From Verrucomicrobia bacterium UBA3783 (GTDB lineage Bacteria; Verrucomicrobiota; Kiritimatiellia; RFP12; UBA1067): DNA of 64,000 bases. Below, one piece after another: positions 39,802 to 47,995 of this stretch. Every line of letters starts with the position of its first letter. Position 1 is the stretch's first letter. The DNA is taken from the NCBI GenBank assembly GCA_002369235.1, contig DFFF01000024.1, positions 6,586-70,585 on the forward strand. The letters run 5' to 3'. Below the pieces are notes generated by a model. The model made no database searches. It had not been told where the DNA came from and was given only the letters and a program-made list of their open reading frames with translations. A program made the position numbers and the translations under genes.

Positions 39802-40347
39802 ATGCGGCGCGGCTTTACATTGATGGAGGTGAATCTGGCGATTCTGGTGATGGCCGGCGGCATTCTCGCCATGGTTTCGCTCTATTCGTTCGGCTATCGC
39901 GAAAACCGCCAGAGCCGCGAGGATGTCGGCGGCGCGGCTCTGGCCGACGCCGTCCTCTCGCCCATGATCATGGCCGCAAGCGCCACCAACCTCAAGTGGT
40001 CGGTCTTCAAGAATGAATTCCACTATCCGTCGTCAAGCGGCTGGCTGGATTATGTGGATCAATCGAAGGGCACGGTATCGACCGACCCCAAGGGCAAGGC
40101 AGGCGGCGTGTTCAGCGACTTCATGTCCAAGATGTCAGGCGCGGCGGCCGGCGCATTGGATGTCAACACCGCCTTCCCGTCTTCGGCGTTGAACGGCACG
40201 GGGCTGACCTACGGGCTGGTCGTCAGCCATGACCAGGATTCGCCGGTCGTCTACATCGCGTTCCGCGCCACCCAGCAGGCAGGTCAGCTCCTCTCTATGC
40301 CGGTGTATGTGACGGCGGTGCGCTTTCAGGGAGACCCCGACCAATGA
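39802..40347 (+). CDS. Prepilin-type minor pseudopilin (GspI-like position)
   Basis: The ATG at 39802 follows the upstream stop by 1 nt. MRRGFTLMEVNLAILVMAGG is present; 181 aa. Confidence 0.65.
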   Translation: MRRGFTLMEVNLAILVMAGGILAMVSLYSFGYRENRQSREDVGGAALADAVLSPMIMAASATNLKWSVFKNEFHYPSSSGWLDYVDQSKGTVSTDPKGKAGGVFSDFMSKMSGAAAGALDVNTAFPSSALNGTGLTYGLVVSHDQDSPVVYIAFRATQQAGQLLSMPVYVTAVRFQGDPDQ

Positions 40348-40826
40348 GAAAAGGCTTTACCATACTCGAACTCCTGGTGGCGAGCCTCCTGCTGGGGATG
40401 CTCGTGACGATTCTCACCATGATTTTCAACCAGTCGTCGATCGCCTGGCGCACCGGCGTCGCCGGCGTCTCGCAGATGGATGAAGTGCGCGACAACATTG
40501 CCGAAGTCCGCGAGGAGGCGGACAACCTCATCGTGAGCGGCAATCTCGTCGGGCGCATCACCTCGCTTTGGGACAAAAACGGGCAGCTCAGGGAACGCGC
40601 GGTGAGCGTGAAGGGGCAGGAGGATGAAACCGAAGACCAGATCGTGCTCTTGACGACGGTTTCCGCCACCACCGCCGGGCAGGACATCCAGAGCGTTCTG
40701 GTGGGTTCGGGCGAGAGCGGCAGGAGCATGAAGACCTATACGATCGGCGTCACTTCGCTCGGTCCCGATCCCTCCCCCGATGTTGATTACGACGACATAA
40801 CCTCATGGCCGGACGAAATCGAATGA
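40344..40826 (+). CDS. Prepilin-type minor pseudopilin (GspJ-like position)
   Basis: MRKGFTILELLVASLLLGML is present; 160 aa. Its start overlaps the upstream stop. Confidence 0.65.
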   Translation: MRKGFTILELLVASLLLGMLVTILTMIFNQSSIAWRTGVAGVSQMDEVRDNIAEVREEADNLIVSGNLVGRITSLWDKNGQLRERAVSVKGQEDETEDQIVLLTTVSATTAGQDIQSVLVGSGESGRSMKTYTIGVTSLGPDPSPDVDYDDITSWPDEIE

Positions 40827-41278
40827 AAAAAGGATTTACTTTGGTCGAACTACTGGTGGTGGTGGGCATGATCGCCCTCCTCACGGGGGCGGTGGGCAAT
40901 TCGGTGAACGAGGCCCGCAAGCGGGCGAGAGTCGCCAAGGCCCATGCGGAAGTCAAGGAAATGACGAACGCCATTCTCGCCTACGAGAATTACAATCCCG
41001 GCAACCTCCCGACGATGGAGAGCACCGATGCGACCCGCGCGAATCTGGGGTTCATTCTGGGCGAAAACGCGACGGACGCCGACGGCAACGAGATACCCGT
41101 CCTCTTCAACGCCAACGTGTCGCACGACGGCAAGATCCGCGATCCGTGGGGGCGGCCATACCGGGTGACAATCCGCGAGGGCAACGCGGCATTGAACTTC
41201 AAGTCCGCTTCCAGCAATATGCAGACCGGCTACTTCCTGCCCAACTTCTACAGGCTTTCGGTAGGGGAGCGCGAATAA
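40823..41278 (+). CDS. gspG: Major pseudopilin GspG family
   Basis: The ATG at 40823 is in an ATGA overlap. MKKGFTLVELLVVVGMIALLTGAV...ARKRARVAKAHAEVKEM... and the hallmark DPWGRPY are present; 151 aa. Confidence 0.8.
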   Translation: MKKGFTLVELLVVVGMIALLTGAVGNSVNEARKRARVAKAHAEVKEMTNAILAYENYNPGNLPTMESTDATRANLGFILGENATDADGNEIPVLFNANVSHDGKIRDPWGRPYRVTIREGNAALNFKSASSNMQTGYFLPNFYRLSVGERE

Positions 41279-44200
41279 ATGAAAACGATGAAAGCACATA
41301 AAGGCTCCGCGCTGCTGATAGTCCTCGGCATGCTCTCGTTCATGGTGGTGAGCGCCGTGGCGTTCTCGGCGTACATGCGCAGTGCGCGGCTGCCCAGTTC
41401 CTATCTCCGGCGCACCGTATCCTCGCGACTGCTGGTGAAGGCGGCGCTGGCGGAGGCCATGGAGCGGCTGGACTTCGCGATCGCCGACAACCCCTACCCC
41501 GGCGCGGGCGATAAATACTGCACTTCGGAAACCCGCCGCGAAGCCTTGGATCCGGATATCGAACGGCGCAACCGCAATATCTTCTACCACAATGTATTCG
41601 TCGGCGACAACAGCTGGATGGACGCGGAGGACACCGTCTCCACCCTGACGCTCGAAGGACTCGCATACATTCCGCCGCCGCTGGTGAACGACGTGCGCCA
41701 TATTTCGCGCCTGACGCCCACCGCGACCTGGCACCAGATGTATTTCGATTCCGGCCGCTATGCATATACGGCTATCGATGTTTCCGACTGCTTTGACGTC
41801 AATCGCATCAAGGCGAACAACCGGCGCAATTCCGCGAATGATCGCATTTCGCTCGCGTATCTTTTTGAAAACGCCGACCATACCGGCTATGCCGTCCAGC
41901 CGTCGGTTTGGGATACCTTCATGAACGATTATCTCAAGGCCGACCGCAGCGAGGTAAGTCTCGCCGCCAGTCCCGGCATGGTGGATCCAGCCAAAATGCC
42001 GCTCGTGTCGGTGGCGGATCTCAACCTCGCGATTGGCCCAAGCGGCAGTTCGTTCTCGAGCCCGTTCTGCAAGTATATCGAAAACAATCTCGCCAATTTC
42101 TACGGCGTTTCCAGCAAGGATGCCACCGAAGCGGCGAAAATCCGCAACATGATGTTCGTGACGGACAGCTGGTATCCGGGCGATGCCGCGGGCGGCACTT
42201 CCGGCTCGGCCGCGGTGCTGTCGCAAAAAAGCGGCTCGAACGCCGGACAGCCGTTCACGAGCTATCCGTCGTCGGGCAGCGATATCAGCCAGTTGGACAG
42301 CAGGGGCACGGACGGGAAGGCGAAGCTCCTCAATCGTTTGAGTGTAGTGGATATGGCGACGCTCTACGACTATCTGGATGCGGACAGCGTCCCTTCGGCG
42401 CTCGCGCTGCCCACGGTCGAGGCCGCGCCGATGATCTGCGGCATCGCGCCGGAAGTGAATCTCAATATCTCCACGCGCTCGCAGGTAATCTCCACCGAGA
42501 CTACCGAAGAGAAATCGACTCGCGTGACCGGCTATTACCTCGATGATCCGGGGCTTGTTGGCGGCTTGATCAAGGTTGCCTACGTCTATCCGTTCGCCGA
42601 GCGTCCGGGCAGCTACGAACTTGACGCCCGTATCTGCTTCTTTTTCACCGATGACGGCAACAAGAGTTTCCGCGATTGGTCGGCCTTAAAGCCCGCTAAC
42701 GACGGCGACTTCTCTAGGACTGAATACGCAAACGGAATTTTCTACATTGCGAACACACAAAATCTGCCGGTTTCCGTGAATAATCCCGGTGACGATTCCC
42801 CCGCAGTGAATGAAGTCAACATCCAGCTTCAGGGCGCGTCCTCGTTCGCGGATAAATTCACCCAGCCGGTCTTCACGGTCACCGAGGAGATGGAAATAGA
42901 TCCGGAGAGCGGAGATCCAATCCCCGATACCGCAAAAATTATTGCCGCCCATTGCAACATCTGTCCGGTGGATGCGGCAGGAAATGTTATTGAGCAATAT
43001 GCCACCGACGCCCAATTCAAAGGCTTGATCGAAGGCAATTCCGGCGGACAGTTTGCGCTAAAGATGGCGGTCTGCCTCCGGATCAAGGATGGCGGCAAAA
43101 CGGTGGATCTCGTTCCGGCCACGATGGCAGACGATTCGTTCAACGGTCTCAATAATACGATGTGGGAGCAGGTATATGACGGTGCGTCCGGCGCGGCAAT
43201 GCGCTTTGATTCCGGCGCGGCGATAAAGTATACGCGCGACGATTTCAAGGACAACACGACCGCTGGCGCCTCCACCATCGCACCGGCGGCGATCATCTGC
43301 CCCGATCCGCGCTACAACTATGCGCCGGAGAACTGGATGGAGACGTCGACCGGCGGAGCGTCCGCGTGGAAGAGCTATGTGGACGGAATCCTGGGCCAAG
43401 GCGGACGCGATGCCGACATCTGGATGGCGGTCTCCGACCAGGAGCAGCTGCAGTCGATATACGAAATTGCGATGCTCCCGCGCGTCACCACCCAGCTTGA
43501 CGGCAACCGCGACCTGATGCACGGCAATTTGGAAGCCGCCGCCGATTCGCGCACCGCGTATGCTACCGGCATCGGCGGCTTGAGGCATGGCGACAAGATG
43601 TGGACCACCTACCGCGCGTTTGCGAACAATGGCGCCACACGCGACAACCTGCTTTTCGACTATCTTGAGGAAAATTTCGTTTCCGGCGATACCTCGGCGC
43701 GGGTGAATCCATACGCATCTTCGCTCACCTCGCTGCTGGCGGCGTTTGCGAACACTCCCGCCGGCTGGAGGTATGCGTGCACGAACGTAGTGCAGAACTC
43801 GACGCTTTCCGATTCCGACATCGAGGCGCGGACGTTCAACGAAAAATATGCCTACAATTCGCTTGCCGGCAATACCAACTACAACTTCGAGTGGGCGGAT
43901 CTCGAGGAAATCGCGCTCAACTTCCAGGAGGCGGCGCGGGAGCGCGCACGCGCCGGCGAAGTCTGGGAAGATGCATGGGACGGACTCGGCTGGGATGCGG
44001 GCGCTGGCGGCGCAAACGATTTCTGCGGAGTGCCGCTTTCCGGCAACACCAAGAAATTGAGCACGGTGGAGCGCAAGTTCCTCTATGGCTTCTGGCGCGA
44101 ATCGTTTGCGAACCGCCAGCAGCTCTTCCTGATTTTCGTCCGCGCCGAGCCCGCGATGATGGGCGGCGGCGCGGTCGGTGCGACGCCGCCGCAACTCGGC

Positions 44201-44296
44201 GCCCGCGCCGTCGCGCTCGTCTGGCGCGACCCCGAAACCGCAACCCCAAACAACCCGCACCGCATGAGGGTGCTATTCTACCGTCAATTGGACTAA
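41279..44296 (+). CDS. Giant GspK-like minor pseudopilin (1005 aa)
   Basis: The N-terminus KGSALLIVLGMLSFMVVSAVAF is the non-methylated GspK-type anchor (compare recalled RGVALITVLLVVALL). It is about three times the usual GspK length and sits at the end of the pseudopilin block. Confidence 0.55.
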   Translation: MKTMKAHKGSALLIVLGMLSFMVVSAVAFSAYMRSARLPSSYLRRTVSSRLLVKAALAEAMERLDFAIADNPYPGAGDKYCTSETRREALDPDIERRNRNIFYHNVFVGDNSWMDAEDTVSTLTLEGLAYIPPPLVNDVRHISRLTPTATWHQMYFDSGRYAYTAIDVSDCFDVNRIKANNRRNSANDRISLAYLFENADHTGYAVQPSVWDTFMNDYLKADRSEVSLAASPGMVDPAKMPLVSVADLNLAIGPSGSSFSSPFCKYIENNLANFYGVSSKDATEAAKIRNMMFVTDSWYPGDAAGGTSGSAAVLSQKSGSNAGQPFTSYPSSGSDISQLDSRGTDGKAKLLNRLSVVDMATLYDYLDADSVPSALALPTVEAAPMICGIAPEVNLNISTRSQVISTETTEEKSTRVTGYYLDDPGLVGGLIKVAYVYPFAERPGSYELDARICFFFTDDGNKSFRDWSALKPANDGDFSRTEYANGIFYIANTQNLPVSVNNPGDDSPAVNEVNIQLQGASSFADKFTQPVFTVTEEMEIDPESGDPIPDTAKIIAAHCNICPVDAAGNVIEQYATDAQFKGLIEGNSGGQFALKMAVCLRIKDGGKTVDLVPATMADDSFNGLNNTMWEQVYDGASGAAMRFDSGAAIKYTRDDFKDNTTAGASTIAPAAIICPDPRYNYAPENWMETSTGGASAWKSYVDGILGQGGRDADIWMAVSDQEQLQSIYEIAMLPRVTTQLDGNRDLMHGNLEAAADSRTAYATGIGGLRHGDKMWTTYRAFANNGATRDNLLFDYLEENFVSGDTSARVNPYASSLTSLLAAFANTPAGWRYACTNVVQNSTLSDSDIEARTFNEKYAYNSLAGNTNYNFEWADLEEIALNFQEAARERARAGEVWEDAWDGLGWDAGAGGANDFCGVPLSGNTKKLSTVERKFLYGFWRESFANRQQLFLIFVRAEPAMMGGGAVGATPPQLGARAVALVWRDPETATPNNPHRMRVLFYRQLD

Positions 44297-44302
44297 AGAA
44301 AA

Positions 44303-45127
44303 ATGAAACGCGCATTTACTCTCGTCGAACTGCTCGTCGTCATCGGCATCCTCGGAGTGCTCATGGGCACGCTCATCGTTTCCGTCGCCGGCTCCACGGA
44401 GTCCGCGCGCTCGGCAAAGTGCCTCTCCAACATGCGTTCGCTGGCGACCGGCTGCTACAACCGCGCGATGGAGGGCGGACACTATCCGCTCGCCGCCTCG
44501 TCCGAGACGCTGTCGATCGACGCCCACAAGCTTCGCCAGGGCAAGGCTTCGACCTACAAGCAGCACCAGCCCGGATGGATCAGCCGCACCGAATCCGGCT
44601 CGCGGCCTTCCGCCTACGGCGAAAACTTCGAGGAGCAGTACTACTGCATCACCAACGGCTCGATCTGGAAGGCGGTGGGCGAGAATACCGAGGTCTACGT
44701 CTGTCCGTCGCATATCAAGGCCGGCGGCAGGCGTCCCTCGTGGAGCTATCAGATGAACGGCTTTTTCGGCGGCGACGTCAATTGGGACGGCAAGCACGCA
44801 AGCTCCAAGAGCATGGGCAACAAGGGCGTCCGGCCCGACAAGCGGTTGCTGTTCGCCGAGATGCCGTTCGGAGATACGAACCAGCCGTATGACGATACCG
44901 CCATCCAGTACAAGGATTTGGCGAATGCCTCCGCAAGCGAAGAGCTCGCCTTCAACCACAAAAGCGGCAAGCGCGCCTGCGCCCATGTCGTCTTCGCCGA
45001 TTGCCATGTCGAGAAACTCCTCGCCCCGCGCGGCGGCGACGGCGACCTGGCCGAAATCATGAGCTGGCTTTGTCAGGGACTCGATATCTCATTCAACGGG
45101 AGCGACTATGAAAAGCTTGACAACTAG
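44303..45127 (+). CDS. Prepilin-type protein of the DUF1559 / H-X9-DG class common in Planctomycetota, Lentisphaerota and Verrucomicrobiota
   Basis: MKRAFTLVELLVVIGILGVLMG is present. A C-terminal HVVFADCHVEKL lies where the DGHV motif normally sits; 274 aa. Confidence 0.7.
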   Translation: MKRAFTLVELLVVIGILGVLMGTLIVSVAGSTESARSAKCLSNMRSLATGCYNRAMEGGHYPLAASSETLSIDAHKLRQGKASTYKQHQPGWISRTESGSRPSAYGENFEEQYYCITNGSIWKAVGENTEVYVCPSHIKAGGRRPSWSYQMNGFFGGDVNWDGKHASSKSMGNKGVRPDKRLLFAEMPFGDTNQPYDDTAIQYKDLANASASEELAFNHKSGKRACAHVVFADCHVEKLLAPRGGDGDLAEIMSWLCQGLDISFNGSDYEKLDN

Positions 45128-47231
45128 TCTTTTGCCGATCGTGTCGCTGTGCGCGTCGGTGGCGCTCGCCGCGGACGAATTCACTAAGCCCGTCAGTTTC
45201 GAGACGGAGAGCGAGCAGGCGGTCTCCGACACGATCAACACCGAAGGCGCCGCCTGGTGGTCCACCTCCGGCGGCGAAAACATTGGCGTCGGCGAGGCCA
45301 AGGAGTACACTACCGACGAACTGAACGCCCTTGCCGCGCTCACCCGTTCCGACGCCTTCACCGGCGGCAACGCCGTCCATTTCGCCGTCGACGCCGGAAA
45401 TGAAATCGTGTTTCGCTCCATTCTTCCGCTCGTTGCGGACGGCGATACGATGGTGATGCAGGGCTATGCGCTCTCCAACGGCACGGTCTATGCCGACGCG
45501 CTTGTCAAGTTCGTCCCCTCGACCGCGCCCTACACCGACGGCAACGAAGAGGACAAGATCATTCTCTGGATGAACGCCGCGAGCAATATTTGCGTGGAGG
45601 CCGGGTACTTCGAGAAGTCGCTCGGCAAGAGCGGTCTCGTCACCAAGACCTACACGACCGGGAAACAGATTCTTGACGGCTCGTGGCATCGCATCGTCTT
45701 CGAGGTTTCGATTCCGCTCGAGATGCAAACCTACAATGCCGCCTGCCGGATCTGGATCGATGGCGAAGTCCTCGCCGTTGCCGACGGCGACACGATCGTG
45801 AACGACGAGCTCAAATCGCTCTTCGAGAGCTACCTGACCGGCGAGGCGAAGAATGCGTATCTTTTGGGGACGCTCTTTCCGGCGCGCGCCTCCAAGCCGG
45901 CGACGGCGCTTTTCCGCGGCCTCGGCTTCAGCGGCGCGGACGGCGCGATCGACGATATCGCCTATCAGACCGCGGAGCCCAATGGCATACCAGCCGATCC
46001 AGGCAGCCGCTATTTCACGATCGCCGTCGATCCGGGGATCGAATCGCTTGAATATTCGGTCGATGGCGCCGAAGCGTTCGCCGTCGACCTTGGCGGCAAG
46101 CGCGCGGATATCGCGATAAAGATTCCCACCAATTATGGAACCGGCAATCAGGTCGATGTGACGATTACCAATGTCGTGCTGGCATCCGACTATGGTTCGT
46201 GGGATATATCGCTTTCCGCCGATGACGGCGGCACATCGACATCGACGAGCGGTGATGCCAAGACTTTCTCGATCAAAGAAGGCGTGGAACTCGTGAGCGG
46301 CGCGATCTACACTGGCGAGGAAGTAGGATATTCGGTGTGCAAGGTTTCCTGCGCGTCCATGGAGGACCCCCAGACGATGGTCACGCTCAAGGCGGCGCTT
46401 GAGGCGATCGACAAAGCCGACGATCCTTCCGATGCGCTCATCCGGCTTACGCGCGATGTCAATGAAAATATCGTCATCGTTGGCGGCATTGCCGTGACGC
46501 TCGATCTCGCCGGGCGGACGATGGTTTGCGAGCATGGCGACAAACCTGCATCCGCCATTACCGTCATGCCGGACGGCATCCTTACGGTTATCGACAGTCA
46601 ATCCACCGGCGTGATTGAAGTGGAATCGGATTCGGATGATTGGGCGGTCGAGGTGCGCACGGGCGCGAATGTCGAGATTCAGGCCGGATTGTTCAAGGGG
46701 AAAGTCGATGTCATCGATTCTGGCGATGCGTCCGTTTCCGGCGGCAGATTCTACGCCAACGGCACCGCCGAAAAATTCGATGGGCTTGCGGATTGCGTCG
46801 CGGACGGCTATGCGGCGACATGGGATTCGTCGGAAAGATGCTGGCGCGTGCGCAGCGCAGCGCTCACCTCGGCGCGACTCTCCGCAATCTCGCTCGCAAG
46901 CACGGCGATCGGCCTTTCCGCGTCCAGCACCGAGCAGCTCGAGGACAGCGCGTCGCTGCCGGTCATCAATATCCTCGATATGCAGACCGCGTTTGGCGAC
47001 GAAACTTCGTCGATAAGCTGTTTCGTGCAGGTGACCGACTCCGAAGGCGCGGTCATGGAGGCGAGCGCACTGTCGCTCTCGTCGCTGGTGCTGGTGAGCA
47101 AGGATCTTTCCAAGTGGGAGAAGCCTTCCAAGATCACCTACGCCAACACTGAAGAGTTCGGCGTCTATGAAGTGGAGATGACGATGCCGTCCAATGGCGC
47201 ATACTTCATCAAGCTGTCCACGGGAGAATGA
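45108..47231 (+). CDS. Secreted 707-aa protein with a probable concanavalin-A/LamG-like N-terminal domain; candidate cargo or tip adhesin
   Basis: It has the signal peptide MKSLTTSLLPIVSLCASVALAADE. A beta-rich segment ...ILDGSWHRIVFEVS...CRIWIDGEVLAV is typical of LamG folds. It overlaps the upstream gene by 20 nt. Confidence 0.5.
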   Translation: MKSLTTSLLPIVSLCASVALAADEFTKPVSFETESEQAVSDTINTEGAAWWSTSGGENIGVGEAKEYTTDELNALAALTRSDAFTGGNAVHFAVDAGNEIVFRSILPLVADGDTMVMQGYALSNGTVYADALVKFVPSTAPYTDGNEEDKIILWMNAASNICVEAGYFEKSLGKSGLVTKTYTTGKQILDGSWHRIVFEVSIPLEMQTYNAACRIWIDGEVLAVADGDTIVNDELKSLFESYLTGEAKNAYLLGTLFPARASKPATALFRGLGFSGADGAIDDIAYQTAEPNGIPADPGSRYFTIAVDPGIESLEYSVDGAEAFAVDLGGKRADIAIKIPTNYGTGNQVDVTITNVVLASDYGSWDISLSADDGGTSTSTSGDAKTFSIKEGVELVSGAIYTGEEVGYSVCKVSCASMEDPQTMVTLKAALEAIDKADDPSDALIRLTRDVNENIVIVGGIAVTLDLAGRTMVCEHGDKPASAITVMPDGILTVIDSQSTGVIEVESDSDDWAVEVRTGANVEIQAGLFKGKVDVIDSGDASVSGGRFYANGTAEKFDGLADCVADGYAATWDSSERCWRVRSAALTSARLSAISLASTAIGLSASSTEQLEDSASLPVINILDMQTAFGDETSSISCFVQVTDSEGAVMEASALSLSSLVLVSKDLSKWEKPSKITYANTEEFGVYEVEMTMPSNGAYFIKLSTGE

Positions 47232-47995
47232 CGATGAAGAGCGGCAAATTCCTTTTCGCGCCGGTGCTGTGGTTTCTTTGCGTCTTCGCGCTCCTTGCGA
47301 CCTGGGCGATCATGGAGCCCGACGCGCTCGTCCGGGCGTTCGATGCCGACGGCCGTTCGCCGTTCGAGCTGGCGACGCTGCCGTTCTACGCGGCGATAGT
47401 CCCGGCGGTGTGGATATTCTGTCCGTTCGCGGGCTCGCGCAGGCGCCGCATCGTCCTTCAGCTGATGGTCACCATCGTCGCATTGATGGCGATCGTCAAG
47501 GAGCTCGATCTCCACTATCTGGCGCTCGAATACTTCTATCCGGACTTTGTCACCGGCGAGGGCTTGAAGCCCGGCGTGCTGGTGCGTCCCGACGGGCGGC
47601 CGCTGTCGGGCACGCCGTTCAAACTGCGCGTCCTCACCAATGCCGCCGCGCCGCTCGGCATGAAGGCGATCATCGTCGCCTACTTCACACTCTTCTTCGG
47701 GCTCTTCGCCGCCGGCTTTGCGTATCTTGGCTTCGGCTGGATCAAAGGCGTCTTTACGCTCGATCCCGCGGCGTGGGCGTTCGGGTGCTTTGGCGCGAGC
47801 GGCGTGATGGTGCAGTGCGCCGACCGCCTGCCGTCGTGGCTTGGGCATCGCTTCGGCCTCTCGCACGGTCCGGGCGTGACGCCGCTCAAGTCGTTGATGA
47901 CGGCGGTGGAAGAGGGCGGCGAAATGATGATCGCGATCTTCGCGATCCTCACCATCATCCTCGCCTGGCGCCGCCTCAAGGTCTCGCGCCGATGA
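47228..47995 (+). CDS. Integral membrane protein, function unknown
   Basis: 255 aa with about 6 hydrophobic helices. ATGA overlaps occur at both ends (47228-47231 and 47992-47995). Confidence 0.6.
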   Translation: MTMKSGKFLFAPVLWFLCVFALLATWAIMEPDALVRAFDADGRSPFELATLPFYAAIVPAVWIFCPFAGSRRRRIVLQLMVTIVALMAIVKELDLHYLALEYFYPDFVTGEGLKPGVLVRPDGRPLSGTPFKLRVLTNAAAPLGMKAIIVAYFTLFFGLFAAGFAYLGFGWIKGVFTLDPAAWAFGCFGASGVMVQCADRLPSWLGHRFGLSHGPGVTPLKSLMTAVEEGGEMMIAIFAILTIILAWRRLKVSRR

